DNA of 64,000 nt from an uncultured Nitrospiraceae bacterium (GCA_963705105.1 CAVPIW010000010.1:195671-259670), one strand, 5' to 3'; positions 39,633-50,370 are shown, numbered from the stretch's first letter. Notes: generated from the letters alone by a model not told the origin. Program-made: numbers and translations.

Positions 39633-40975
39633 TTCCCTGTTATTACGATCACAAGCTGATCGTTGTTGAATCCGAACGTGATCCCGTCATATCCGAAGAA
39701 CTTCGTTGCGACGATCTCCTCGGGGATGCTGATTGCAGAAGGGGGCATGGTCTGCACCGGCTGACCGTGCATTGCAATAATATTCTGGGTTGTCATGTCG
39801 AACCGGTAGTCCTCCGGCTTGTACGCACCCGGCTGTGTCGGCATGCCGGCTGCGGAGATCGGGGTTTGCTCTATGAAAGCTCCATCGATGAAGGAGACCG
39901 CCATGCCGGCTGCCCCGTAGGCCCAAACCTCGTCGATCCTCGCCACTCCTCCGGAGAGCCTGATCACTTTGACGAATTGAGAGGGATACCCGTAGTTGGT
40001 TATTATCGCCTCCTGCTGGGGCGAAAGCGGCGAGAAGCGCATGGTCGCAATGGAGATATCGCTCACCCAGTTGTTCGGGTCAAAGAGCGCGTTGCCCGCC
40101 CTGACAAGAAGCGCATAGAAGTTGTAATCCCCCCAGGGCAAACCGCCCGGCAGGGCAACGGGAGGAAGGACGGTGAGAATGTCGCCCGTCGTGATAGGGA
40201 AATTCCTCTTGTAGACAGGGACGGCATCCCAGGGGAGTTGATCGCCGAGAAACACGAAGGGGCCGCCCTTGAGTTCCAGGAGAAGGTACATGTCCGCATT
40301 ACCGGCGGCAGTGCCGTGTTCCAGTCCGTACATCCAGCTAAAGGTCGACCCTGGTATGGATGCCGCAGGAAAGACTCCGGAGAACAGGGCGTGTTTGGTC
40401 TCCGGCGATGGGACGAAAGGCGCCTCCTGGATGGGGCCTCTCGGCTTCGATCCTGCCGGCGTTGATGGGACTGTCCCCGTTCCGGGGACATTGCCTGTCC
40501 GGGTGCTTGCGGGCGCCTGATAGGTGGCGGTAAGTGTGAAGTTCGTCCTGGCATTGTTCAGATTCAGCGTCGCCACGTACCACTTTCCCGCCCTGAGGGG
40601 CGGTGTCGAGGACGGCGTTACAGTGATCGTTTCACTCGCCGTGGGACCTTCGGACCTAAAATCGGCGCTTGCACTCAGGAGATCGGGCGAGCTGAACCCG
40701 ACCAGAGGGATGTTATATTTCAGGTACAGATCGAGGTCCCCGCTGCCGTTCGTCAGCGTCACCGTCAGGCTGGTCGCCCCCGCCGGCACGTCAATATAGG
40801 CGTTTGCATAGGTGAGGGCCTCAAGGAAAGTGTTGAAGGGGACCCCGCTCTGCAGGACCGTCTGGCCCGCTCCGTCAGGTACGATAATCAGTAAAACGAC
40901 AGTGATGCACAGGGCCAGGACCGCCGTGAGCGGCGAGCCCGTGAATAAGACACGCAAACGTGGTGATGAACTCAT
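39629..40975 (-). CDS. Secreted PPC-domain protein (copy 1)
   Basis: GGAGG + ATG 40975; VPAGATSLTVTL..GSGDLDLYLK...GKWYV. Confidence 0.8.
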   Translation of the reverse strand: MSSSPRLRVLFTGSPLTAVLALCITVVLLIIVPDGAGQTVLQSGVPFNTFLEALTYANAYIDVPAGATSLTVTLTNGSGDLDLYLKYNIPLVGFSSPDLLSASADFRSEGPTASETITVTPSSTPPLRAGKWYVATLNLNNARTNFTLTATYQAPASTRTGNVPGTGTVPSTPAGSKPRGPIQEAPFVPSPETKHALFSGVFPAASIPGSTFSWMYGLEHGTAAGNADMYLLLELKGGPFVFLGDQLPWDAVPVYKRNFPITTGDILTVLPPVALPGGLPWGDYNFYALLVRAGNALFDPNNWVSDISIATMRFSPLSPQQEAIITNYGYPSQFVKVIRLSGGVARIDEVWAYGAAGMAVSFIDGAFIEQTPISAAGMPTQPGAYKPEDYRFDMTTQNIIAMHGQPVQTMPPSAISIPEEIVATKFFGYDGITFGFNNDQLVIVITGK

Positions 40976-41330
40976 ATTCCGCCTCCTCCATGAAGAGTTC
41001 CAATGTGCTGTTGAAAAAAGGCAGGGCAAAGCGCCGCAAAGTCTGTTTTTCTGCTCCAATCTGCAATATGTGTGCATACTATACCTTCTATCATATTTTC
41101 GGGGATCTGTCCACAGGGTTTATCGATGTATTACGAAGAGTTATCCTCAACGTCATCACAGACACCATGGGAGAAGGCAAGGATGCAGAACACAGTTGAT
41201 TGTCTGCCGCCAACAGTGAAAAGACAGCGGGAAAGGCAAAAAGGGGGAAAATAGAAAGAGAGTCACCGAAACAAGCGTTGTTCGAAGAAGGGGACAGGAT
41301 GCCTGACATCCCGCCCCCCCTGCAAAGGAG

Positions 41331-43397
41331 TTATTTGAGGAGCAGCGGCAGCGTATTTGCCGGCGCTGCCTGACCGCCGGTGTAGATGAGTGGCGACGAT
41401 GCCGGCGCGATGCCTGGAGCCTGCAGGGACTGTATACTCTGTATACTCGATGAAGCCTGCACACACCCGCCGTTCTGACAGACCGTCCCGGCGGGGCAGC
41501 ACCCGGCACCGCAGCACGTCGTCCCGGTCGGACAACACCCTGAGCCGCAGCACTGGCTTAACTGAGGACAGCATGCTGTTGCACCGGGGCAGCACAGAGT
41601 ACCTCCCTGGCAACACCCCGCGCCGCAGCATGGACTGCCCGTAGGACAGCAGTGGTCACCGCAACACTTGTTGCCCGGTAAGCAGGCCATCCCACCACCG
41701 CAGCAATCAGAGCCGGCGGGGACGCACATCGACCCGCAAAGCTGGGGGTTATCAGGGGGGCATACGGTAGGGGTCGAACAACCTGTCGGTGTGCACGTCG
41801 ACCCGGCAGGACAGCAATGGGACGAACAGACGACAGGGCTTTCAGCACAGCAAGTAGGCGGCAGGCAGGCGGCGACACACTGATTGTCCCTGCAGATCTG
41901 TCCTGAGGCGCAGCAGTTCGGCCCGCAGGGCGTCGGCTTATCGGCAGGGCAGGAGCAGCCGCCGTTGGCCGAGCACACCCTGCCTGCCGGGCAGCAGCCG
42001 CCGTCGGCGCAACAGATGTTGCCGCTTGGACAGCACCTGCCGTCGTTGCAGCAGACATGGTTCGCCGCGCCCGCACAATGGTAAGACGTGCAGCAGGTGG
42101 CGCCGGAAGGCATGCACTTGTCGCCGCATACGTCAGGGGCGTTGCCGGGACAGCAGATGCCCTTGCCGGCGATGAATGTGGAACCGGCAGGGCAACAAGC
42201 ATTATTGGTTGCGTCACAGACCTCGCCTCCGCCACAGCAAACATTGCCGCAGCATTGCTGTCCCTGTACACAGGAACCGGGAGGGCCTGTCTGGCAGCAC
42301 ACGTCGGTCAGATCGATGCACCCTCCCCGGCATTCCTTCTTGCCCTCGGGGCATGCATGGACCGATACACCGGTCGCCACACTCGAGTGCCGACCGCCGT
42401 TTTGTATCCGCAGATTAACGGCGAAGTAGCCGGTTTTCGTGAAGGTGTAACGGAAACATCCCGTGCCTTCCTTGCTCACAGTACGTGTTTCTTCATGGCC
42501 GGCATCAGGAATCGACATGGTGAGTGTATTGGATCCGTCCGTATACGCCTCCCACTGTACGCACCATTCCCCTGATTCGTTGATCCCCAGTTTCGATGTC
42601 GCGCTTTTTATGATGAGTCTGGGATGCTTTACCTCAACTTTCCGGCTGCACTCCGCCTCGGACGTCCCAAAGGGTCCTGAGACGATCACTTTTACTGTGT
42701 GAGTACCTTCAGAGAACGGACCTACAGTGGTTTCCGAAGAACTCCTCCGTCCGGCCTGCTCCTTGCCCTTATTCCCGTCCACCAGCCAGGTGAATGTGTA
42801 ATCGGCTTCACGTTTCACGTCGGCAGTCACGCGATAGCTCTTATCTGGTTGCCAGAGAGGGTCCCCGCAATCGAGCGAAATCACGGGGAGCGTATCGTAC
42901 CAAAACGGGCGGTGAGCCACGCAGGCGGTGCCCCCCTCCCTGTTGGGGATGAGCAGACGGACATCGAACCCTCTCACTGTGCCGTCCGTTCGTGCCGGGA
43001 CGGTCCAGGACGTCTCGAATATGCCCCCGGCGCTGAAACGCCCGGTCACGTCGTGAACACGAATGCTTAATTCCGGCTCCCAGATGCTGAGAGTCAGTTC
43101 TGCGCCGGCCAAAGCGCGCTCCCTCGACGTCGCCGTTGCGTGGATAACGACATTCGCTCCCGCCATGCCGTGGCTTGGAGAAACGACGAGGCTGCAGCTC
43201 ACCTCGACCCCCGGTTTGGGGACGTCCTGGTTTTTGAGCTTGTTGAGCTGATTGTTCATAAGATCGACCAGGGGTTGGGCGCCCGTCTCCGTGACCGCTC
43301 CCACAAGAAAGAGCGTGAGGAAGGCAAACACAAAACCCGCAAGAACGCCCCCCCTTCCCGCTGTTTTTCTGTCTATCCTTTCATTCGTTCTTTTCAT
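41331..43397 (-). CDS. Secreted Cys-rich protein (copy 2; same C-terminus, divergent N-terminus)
   Basis: C-terminal ~340 aa identical to copy 1. Confidence 0.8.
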   Translation of the reverse strand: MKRTNERIDRKTAGRGGVLAGFVFAFLTLFLVGAVTETGAQPLVDLMNNQLNKLKNQDVPKPGVEVSCSLVVSPSHGMAGANVVIHATATSRERALAGAELTLSIWEPELSIRVHDVTGRFSAGGIFETSWTVPARTDGTVRGFDVRLLIPNREGGTACVAHRPFWYDTLPVISLDCGDPLWQPDKSYRVTADVKREADYTFTWLVDGNKGKEQAGRRSSSETTVGPFSEGTHTVKVIVSGPFGTSEAECSRKVEVKHPRLIIKSATSKLGINESGEWCVQWEAYTDGSNTLTMSIPDAGHEETRTVSKEGTGCFRYTFTKTGYFAVNLRIQNGGRHSSVATGVSVHACPEGKKECRGGCIDLTDVCCQTGPPGSCVQGQQCCGNVCCGGGEVCDATNNACCPAGSTFIAGKGICCPGNAPDVCGDKCMPSGATCCTSYHCAGAANHVCCNDGRCCPSGNICCADGGCCPAGRVCSANGGCSCPADKPTPCGPNCCASGQICRDNQCVAACLPPTCCAESPVVCSSHCCPAGSTCTPTGCSTPTVCPPDNPQLCGSMCVPAGSDCCGGGMACLPGNKCCGDHCCPTGSPCCGAGCCQGGTLCCPGATACCPQLSQCCGSGCCPTGTTCCGAGCCPAGTVCQNGGCVQASSSIQSIQSLQAPGIAPASSPLIYTGGQAAPANTLPLLLK

Positions 43398-43418
43398 GGC
43401 TGCCTCTCGATGTGTGGG

Positions 43419-44768
43419 CTATTTCGTCGACATGACGAAGACGAGCTGTTCGTTGTTGAACCCGAAGACGATCCCGTTGTAGCTGAAAAACCTGTTCGCC
43501 CCGATGGCGCTGAAGAGGTCGCTCGCAGATGGCGGCGCCGTGGACTCGGCCGGCTGTCCGTGCCGCTCCCTGATCTGCAGGGCCGTCGTATCGAACTGGT
43601 AATTCTCCGGCCGGTTTGATCCCGCCTGGGCAGGGATGCCCGCGATGGAAAGGGGACCCTCCTCGATGAAGGCGCCGTTGATGAACGAGACGCTCACTCC
43701 TCTGCCGCCGTATGCCCACACCTCATCGGTCCTCACCTCTCCGTCGCCGACGATGAAGGTCTTGACGAACTGCGAAGGATATCCGTAATCCCGGATCACC
43801 GCCTCCTGCTGGGGCGACAGCAGGGCAAACCTCATCGTCGAGAAGGCGACATCGCTCACCCAGTTGTTGAGATCGAGAGGCATATTGCCCGCCCGGACGA
43901 GGATAGCGTAGAAGTTGTATTCTCCCGGCGGCAGGCCCGTCGGAAGGGGGATGTCCGGAAGGATCTCGACAGACCCGCCGGCGGCGACGGACAGATTCCG
44001 CCGGAAGACCGGGACTATGTCGCCGGGCAACTGGTCGCCCAGCAGCATGAGCGCGACCCCCTTGAGTTCCAGGGCGAGATACATGTCTGCATCGCCCGCG
44101 GCGGTCCCTTTTGCGGTGCCGTATTTCCACGCGAAGGCGGAGCCCGGGACAGCGACAAAGGGTGTGCCCTCCGGCGTGACGGTATGTTTGGTCTCAGGCG
44201 ATGGGACGAAAGGCGCCTCCTGGATGGGGCCTCTCGGCTTCGATCCCGCAGGTGTGGACGGGACTGTCCCGGTTCCGGGGACATTGCCTGTCCGGGTGCT
44301 CGCGGGCGCCTGGTAGGTGGCGGTAAGTGTGAAGTTCGTCCTGGCATTGTTCAGATTGAGCGTCGCCACGTACCACTTTCCCGCCCGCAGGGGCGGTGTC
44401 GAGGACGGCGTTACGGTGATCGTTTCACTCGCCGTCGGGCCCTCGGACCTGAAATCGGCGCTAGCGCTCAGGAGGTCGGGCGAGACGAACCCGAGCAAGG
44501 GAAAGTTGTATTTCAGGTACAGGTCGAGGTCGCCGCTGCCGTTTGTCAGCGTCACCGTCAGGCTTGTCGCACCTGCCGGCACGTCGATATAAGCGTTTGC
44601 ATACGTGAGAGCCTCAAGGAACGTATTGAAGGGGACCCCGCTCTGCAGGACCGTCTGGCCCGCACCGTCAGGCACGACAATCAACAAAACGACAGTGATG
44701 CACAGGGCCAAGGCCGCTGCGAGTGGCAGACCCGTGAATAAGGCATGCAAACGTCGTGATGAACTCAT
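43419..44768 (-). CDS. Secreted PPC-domain protein (copy 2)
   Basis: N-terminal half near-identical to copy 1; C-terminal half diverged. Confidence 0.8.
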   Translation of the reverse strand: MSSSRRLHALFTGLPLAAALALCITVVLLIVVPDGAGQTVLQSGVPFNTFLEALTYANAYIDVPAGATSLTVTLTNGSGDLDLYLKYNFPLLGFVSPDLLSASADFRSEGPTASETITVTPSSTPPLRAGKWYVATLNLNNARTNFTLTATYQAPASTRTGNVPGTGTVPSTPAGSKPRGPIQEAPFVPSPETKHTVTPEGTPFVAVPGSAFAWKYGTAKGTAAGDADMYLALELKGVALMLLGDQLPGDIVPVFRRNLSVAAGGSVEILPDIPLPTGLPPGEYNFYAILVRAGNMPLDLNNWVSDVAFSTMRFALLSPQQEAVIRDYGYPSQFVKTFIVGDGEVRTDEVWAYGGRGVSVSFINGAFIEEGPLSIAGIPAQAGSNRPENYQFDTTALQIRERHGQPAESTAPPSASDLFSAIGANRFFSYNGIVFGFNNEQLVFVMSTK

Positions 44769-45460
44769 ATTCCGCCTCCTCCATGAAGAGTTCCAATGTG
44801 CTGTTAGATGAAAAGCGCCTTGCCGTGATGTAAGCGCATACTATACCTACTATCATATTTTCGGGGATCTGTCTACGGGGTTTATCAACATATTACGAAG
44901 AGTTATCCTTTCTGTTGCATGAAAAGGCGGGACAAAGTGCCTCAAAGCCTTGCTGATAGCGAGCATGATTATTTGAAATTGGAAATTCGGGATCCCATCT
45001 TCATGCAATCACCCATACGCTTGAAATGATCCGTATGGGACGGCATAGGTTTCGCAGCACCAAGGCTTTTCGGCATCTTCGCCCCGCCTTTCCGGATGTC
45101 TTATTGCAACGATAAGGTTATCCCTTACATTACATAGGCCTTCCGGAAAGGCGGGGCTGGGGTGTATGCGCCACTCATAAACAGTAGACAGAATGCAGTA
45201 GACAATAGACAGCAGGCAAAGACAAAAACCGGACGACAAACGCACCGATGGGAAGGCTGATGTGGTGAGAAGCCTTTCCTCTAAGATACCTTATCTTTCA
45301 CCAGACCACCCTTTGCCGTGTCGACCGATGACAAAAGCCCGTCAGGCAACAGGCGCTGAACACCTGGAGATGTCTCATCATCGCATTGGAAAGGCTTCGA
45401 ACCATATCTGCCTTCCCGGAGGCAGCGGTAGTGACACCGACACTGACACTCACACTCACA

Positions 45461-47411
45461 CCCATCTTCTACAGTAGCAAGAAAATAACTTTCTTATAAC
45501 AAGGGGATATGAGGGCGCAAGAAGGGCGTGGCACTAGGAATCCCCTTGTCAGCTTCACGCTCACTGTCATGACGTCTCCATGTCCAATGCAGTCTGATTC
45601 AGTATCCTGACTGTCGGCGGCACAGCCACGCCCGCCGCCTGAAACGCCTTGCCGGCTTGTCCCTTGAGGTCGCTCCGGAGAAGGACCTCCTTCGTACCGG
45701 TCCGGATCGTCACTTCTTCGACCCTCTCCAGGTCACGGATCACATCAGCCCATTCCGCCTGCCACCCCTTCCTTTCCATCCGCCCCTGCAGTTCCTTGAT
45801 CAGCACCAATGCAAGGAAACTGCAGAACACATGCCCCCGGATCGTCTCGTCACACTTGTGGTAGATGGGCTGCGTGCTGAGGATGCTCTTCATGCTCCGG
45901 AAGATCTGCTCCACCATCCACAACTGCTTGTACTGCAGCGCCACCTCCCGCGCCGGCAGTGTCGTGTTCGTCCTGAGGACCCACTTGCCGTCATACCGTC
46001 CCTCCGCCTTGATCTTGTCCTCATCGATCCCGAACCTCTGCCCCGTCGCCTTGAGGTACTTCCGGTACCCCTTGTTGCCCACCAATGTCTTGTGTCCCTG
46101 CTGCAGTTTGTCCCGCAGGGAGGCAACGATACTCTGCCGGTCAAGAGCGTCTTTCTTGGCCTGATCCTCGTTGTAACAGACGACGTACCGTCTGTCGTCA
46201 ACACGCACGTCCTTGACTTTCAGCGGTGAGGGCGCTTTGCTGTCCGCACCCTTGGGATACACTTCCTCATACCTGCCCGCCCGGCTGAGCACCTCCTGGG
46301 TGACCTCTTTCTGTCTCCTCATCCGGGCGCCCAGGATGTACGGGACCTCCCCCGTCTGCAACTCCTTGACCGTCGCCGCGCTGATCATCCCCCGGTCCGC
46401 CACGACACAGACCCGCTGGATCCCAAACCGCTTGCGTAATCTCTCGGTGACGGGAAGAAGGCTCTTGACGTCCGTCGTGTTGCCCGGCCACAACTCACAG
46501 CACAACGGCCGACCCGCGCTGTCGATGATCACACCCACCACCATCTGCAGAAGGTCAGGCCGGTGGTCCTTGCTGTTGCCCAACTGCCCGATCTCCTCTC
46601 CCCCATTTCCTTCAAAATAGATGCTCGTGGTGTCAAAAAACACCAGGGTGAGATCTGTAAACAGGTCCCTCCGGCGCTCAAAGATCCCTTCTTCGATCAG
46701 GTCCTTCGTGCACCGGCAGGCAAAGGGTGTCGCCCCTTCCTGGTCGTCCTCCGGCAACTCCTCCCCTAACCATGCCATCGCCCGGTACAGGTGGTGCAGC
46801 TCGATCCCCTCCGCCGCCTCAATCCGGTAGTCGTCCTTCCACTTGTCCGCCGCCCTGTCAGAGCCCGATGCGCTGAGCCGGTGCAGCACCGTCAGATAGA
46901 TCGCCCTCTCCACGGCAAACTGATACTTCCTCTGCGACAGCACGCGGGTGATCACGTCCGGGATGCCGAGTTCCTTCCATAGTCGGCCAAACACCAGAGG
47001 CAGTCCGATCTTTTGCTGTCCCACAGACGGAACCTCTCCCTTGTCATAGGCATCAAGCAGGGCAAGCTTTTCTGAAAACCGCGCCCCCGAGCGTACGAGG
47101 CTGTCCAAAGCTCCCGATTCCCGGAGTTTATCGACACGCCCCAGGGTGGCGATGACTTTCTGGCGGACCTTGCCGTTTTCCCATCGGCTTTCAACGATCT
47201 GCAGATAGGAGCGGGGGCCGGATGGTTTGATTCTGATGAACATGACATTAATATTATACCCATTCTAATCCCTATTGGCAAGCTTATAATGGCTATGACG
47301 TGGCACTATGTTTTGAGCTTCTTTCCAATTCCTCTCCTCATATCACCCTGTTTCTCATAGATTCTTATGTCTGATTCGGAGCGCTTTTCGGGTCCAACTG
47401 TAGAAGATGGG
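45461..47411 (-). mobile_element. IS1634-family insertion sequence, complete
   Basis: 15-bp TIRs CCCATCTTCTACAGT / ACTGTAGAAGATGGG; 5-bp target duplication TCACA at 45456-45460 and 47412-47416. Confidence 0.92.
45567..47243 (-). CDS. IS1634-family DDE transposase
   Basis: YLQIVES, FDTTSIYFEG, SKDHRPDL, VADRGM, VEQIFRSMK, IRGHVFCSFLAL. Confidence 0.93.
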   Translation of the reverse strand: MFIRIKPSGPRSYLQIVESRWENGKVRQKVIATLGRVDKLRESGALDSLVRSGARFSEKLALLDAYDKGEVPSVGQQKIGLPLVFGRLWKELGIPDVITRVLSQRKYQFAVERAIYLTVLHRLSASGSDRAADKWKDDYRIEAAEGIELHHLYRAMAWLGEELPEDDQEGATPFACRCTKDLIEEGIFERRRDLFTDLTLVFFDTTSIYFEGNGGEEIGQLGNSKDHRPDLLQMVVGVIIDSAGRPLCCELWPGNTTDVKSLLPVTERLRKRFGIQRVCVVADRGMISAATVKELQTGEVPYILGARMRRQKEVTQEVLSRAGRYEEVYPKGADSKAPSPLKVKDVRVDDRRYVVCYNEDQAKKDALDRQSIVASLRDKLQQGHKTLVGNKGYRKYLKATGQRFGIDEDKIKAEGRYDGKWVLRTNTTLPAREVALQYKQLWMVEQIFRSMKSILSTQPIYHKCDETIRGHVFCSFLALVLIKELQGRMERKGWQAEWADVIRDLERVEEVTIRTGTKEVLLRSDLKGQAGKAFQAAGVAVPPTVRILNQTALDMETS

Positions 47412-47522
47412 TCACACTGTCACTGTTTTTCAGAGCGCTTCGCCCCGCCTTTTCATACAACTGAAGGGTTATCATTCGTACTGCGTTAATCAGGGAAGAA
47501 AAAGGCGGCGGGTGAGGGGTCT

Positions 47523-47858
47523 TTAGGGCATATGGATGGCGATCTCGTAATGCCCGATGGCGACGCGGTCTGCGATCCCATGCTTCCAGAGGAGATCCAT
47601 AGCTTTTACCTTGGCGTGTTTGGGCACCATGACGATGACCTTGGTGCCCGGCTGGGCGAGGGTTTTCCAGCGTTCACCCTGCTCGGGTGTTATGCTTTTC
47701 TCCGTCTCCACCTCGACGACGGCGAGAACGAGCCCGTGGCTGGAAAGCGTGAGGTCGGGGTTTCCGGCGGGGTTCACCCTGATCTCGCTATATTCGCGCG
47801 AGAGTTTCTGCTTCAGATAATCGACGATGAGATCATGGAGACGTTTGTCGTTGTCCAT
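47523..47858 (-). CDS. Hypothetical protein, possible PD-(D/E)xK-like fold
   Basis: NPDLTL...VEVET. Confidence 0.55.
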   Translation of the reverse strand: MDNDKRLHDLIVDYLKQKLSREYSEIRVNPAGNPDLTLSSHGLVLAVVEVETEKSITPEQGERWKTLAQPGTKVIVMVPKHAKVKAMDLLWKHGIADRVAIGHYEIAIHMP

Positions 47859-47888
47859 AGTGCCTTGCCGTCCTGTATGCGGAAAATA

Positions 47889-48341
47889 TTATAGTTTCTT
47901 TTTCTTCTTGAAATCAACGGAAACGACCTTCGACTGATGGAGCGCCTTCGATCCCGGCCGATCGGGAGATCCCTCATCGGGCACACCGGCCCCTGCTCGC
48001 TTGACGGATTGGCGCGTATATTCCTGGAACGGTGACGTGATGAACTGAGCGTTCAGCTCCGGGGAATAGACCGCGACGACATCGTCGGCGGGAATGAAAC
48101 ATCGCTGGGGTGATGTGCCGAAAACGAGGGTCGCCGTTATGCCGTACTCATCCCAGGTGAGCGGTATCCTCGTATTGAAGACGAGGATGAGCCCCTTCTC
48201 CTTTTCGTCATCGAGGAATCCCCTGTCGCCGAGGACGACGTTGTCGGAGTGCCGCACGAGGATGTAGACCCGACCGATGAGGTTCAGAAACTCGTAAAAT
48301 ATATAACGCTTCAGTGTGTTGACACCGGCTGCGGTATCCAT
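47889..48341 (-). CDS. SspB-like (ClpXP adaptor family) protein
   Basis: GITATLVFG..PQRCFIP, C-terminal VVSVDFKKK. Confidence 0.6.
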   Translation of the reverse strand: MDTAAGVNTLKRYIFYEFLNLIGRVYILVRHSDNVVLGDRGFLDDEKEKGLILVFNTRIPLTWDEYGITATLVFGTSPQRCFIPADDVVAVYSPELNAQFITSPFQEYTRQSVKRAGAGVPDEGSPDRPGSKALHQSKVVSVDFKKKKKL

Positions 48342-48372
48342 GGTTCCATGACCTTTCGGGATCTCATACGCT

Positions 48373-49158
48373 TCATCCGGGACCGGGTCGCCTCTGCCTG
48401 AGATAAATGACGCCGAGGCCGGCGAAAACCATGGCCGAACTCAGGATCTGTCCCATCGACAGAACGCCCAGAATGAGTCCGAGCTGGGCGTCAGGCTCCC
48501 TGAAAAATTCCGCAAAAAACCGGAAAGCGCCGTAAAAGACGAGAAAGAGCCCTGTCAGGCTGCCGGCTCCCAGCGGCCTTTTCCTCATCGTCCAGAGAAT
48601 GATGAAGAGGAGGACCCCTTCAAGGAGAAGTTCGTAGATCTGTGAGGGATGGCGGGGAAGGGGCCCGCCGTCCGGAAACACCATCGCCCAGGGAGCAGAG
48701 GAGACTTTGCCGTAGAGCTCACCATTGATGAAATTGCCGAGCCTCCCCAGGCCGATGCCGATCGGCGCGGTGATGATGACGACATCGGCCATCTGCCAGA
48801 AGGGCGCCCCCGTCTTCCTGCAGAAGAGCCATCCCCCGGTGACCGCCCCGATGAGGCCCCCGTGGAACGACATCCCGCCCTTCCAGACGGCGGCGATTTC
48901 GAGAGGATTGCCGACGTAATATCCCAAATTGTAAAAGACGACATACCCGAGGCGCGCACCGATGAGGAGGCCGAGAATGAGATAGGAATAGAGGGACTCG
49001 ACGAAGTCACGCCGTACGGGCAGCGCCCTTTCCCGTATCTGATAACGGACAAGGAGAAAGGAGGAGAGAAACCCGAGGAGGTACATCATGCCGTACCATC
49101 TGACGGCGAAGGGCCCGATGCGTATGATCTCCGGATCGATGTTCGGATAGGGTATCAT
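48373..49158 (-). CDS. lgt: Prolipoprotein diacylglyceryl transferase
   Basis: VRWYG, GARLGYV, GGMSFHGG, GRLGNFINGEL, RHPSQIYE, EFFREPD. Confidence 0.96.
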   Translation of the reverse strand: MIPYPNIDPEIIRIGPFAVRWYGMMYLLGFLSSFLLVRYQIRERALPVRRDFVESLYSYLILGLLIGARLGYVVFYNLGYYVGNPLEIAAVWKGGMSFHGGLIGAVTGGWLFCRKTGAPFWQMADVVIITAPIGIGLGRLGNFINGELYGKVSSAPWAMVFPDGGPLPRHPSQIYELLLEGVLLFIILWTMRKRPLGAGSLTGLFLVFYGAFRFFAEFFREPDAQLGLILGVLSMGQILSSAMVFAGLGVIYLRQRRPGPG

Positions 49159-49382
49159 CGTACCGCATATTATACCAGAGAGAGGACGGACAGCCTCCAT
49201 GCCGTCTCTTGCAAAGGCCGCGGACGTTCGCATAGACTACAGTCTGCCGGAACTCATAAATGGCAGTTTGTTTGTCCTTCCGGCTTGGCCGGAATCGTTC
49301 TTCGGAAGGATTTCCGACGCCCCCGCATTGAGTGTGGGGTTGCGGGAATGACAGATAATGATCACGCTTGGAAGGAGGATCT

Positions 49383-49607
49383 ATGGGCAAGAAATTTCCC
49401 GTGTTCAGGGAGCTCGAGGCGGGGACCTATCAATGGTGCAGCTGCGGCAAGACGAAGACGGAGCCCTTTTGCGACGGCTCGCACGATGAAACGGACAAAG
49501 GGCCCGTCGAATTCAAGCTCAAGGAGAAGACGAAGGTCTCACTTTGCACGTGCGGGCAGACGCAGAACGCCCCTTTCTGCGACGGGACGCACGTCAGGAT
49601 TCCCTGA
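49383..49607 (+). CDS. CDGSH iron-sulfur protein (two motifs)
   Basis: CSCG...PFCDGSH and CTCG...PFCDGTH. Confidence 0.9.
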   Translation: MGKKFPVFRELEAGTYQWCSCGKTKTEPFCDGSHDETDKGPVEFKLKEKTKVSLCTCGQTQNAPFCDGTHVRIP

Positions 49608-49826
49608 CTTACACCCTCTCCTTAGCGCCTGTTGCCTGACGGGCACTTGGTATCAATAAACACGGCAAAGGGTGGTCCGGTGACGAATACGGTATCTTAG
49701 CGGAAAGACTTTTCACCACATCAGCCTCCCCGTCATGCCTTTGTCTACGGTTCCTGTTTATTGCCTACTGTCTATTGTCTGCTGTTTCCTGACATCTTCG
49801 CCCCCTTTTTTTTCTGACTGCCGGCG

Positions 49827-49917
49827 TACAATTTTGTCCCGTCCAACAAAAATGTACTCACCGCTGACCTCGAATCATACTGTATTTCAAAGTATTCTTA
49901 TCTGGCATGGTTCTCGC
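49827..49917 (+). promoter_or_regulatory. Sigma-54 promoter with paired upstream TACA-N4-TGTA-like sites
   Basis: GG-N10-GC at 49904-49917; sites at 49827 and 49845. Confidence 0.7.
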
Positions 49918-49942
49918 TAATCATAATCATCAGGAGATCACG

Positions 49943-50137
49943 ATGAACACCCTGCGGGACAAAGTAACGGAGATGGAAAAGGAAGAGATTGTCAGGGCAT
50001 TGAATGAAAGCGACTGGGTCATGGCAAGGGCTGCCAAAAAGCTCGGCATAACGGAGCGGATGATCGGCTACAAAGTAAAGAAATACAACATCCGCCGGGA
50101 ATTCCGGGGTCTGCCTGAATCGTACCGGCCTTCCTGA
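49943..50137 (+). CDS. Stand-alone Fis-type HTH protein (bEBP C-terminus-like)
   Basis: EKEEIVRAL...WVMARAAKKLGITERMIGYKVKKY; RBS AGGAG. Confidence 0.8.
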   Translation: MNTLRDKVTEMEKEEIVRALNESDWVMARAAKKLGITERMIGYKVKKYNIRREFRGLPESYRPS

Positions 50138-50280
50138 GGTAAAAGGTTGCATATTCCTTCCCTCCTTCATCGGCTGAGGGTGTCGGGCCCTCGGCCGATC
50201 TTTTTGATCACGGGACATCAGACGGGACGGCTGTCACGGGGGAAGAGGGGAACGGGAGGGCACGAGGAACATCTTCGCCA

Positions 50281-50370
50281 TACAAAATTGTAGGAATAAC
50301 AAAAATGTAGGACCAGGCATAGAAAATTATAGTTGATTATAATGATAATTTCGATTGGCACGACATTCGC
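50281..50370 (+). promoter_or_regulatory. Sigma-54 promoter with paired TACA-N4-TGTA enhancer sites
   Basis: TTGGCACGACATTCGC at 50355-50370; sites at 50281 and 50298. Confidence 0.8.

Noticed and set aside
37512..43397. Multiheme cytochromes or RiPP precursors
   Set aside because: No CxxCH motifs and no maturases nearby
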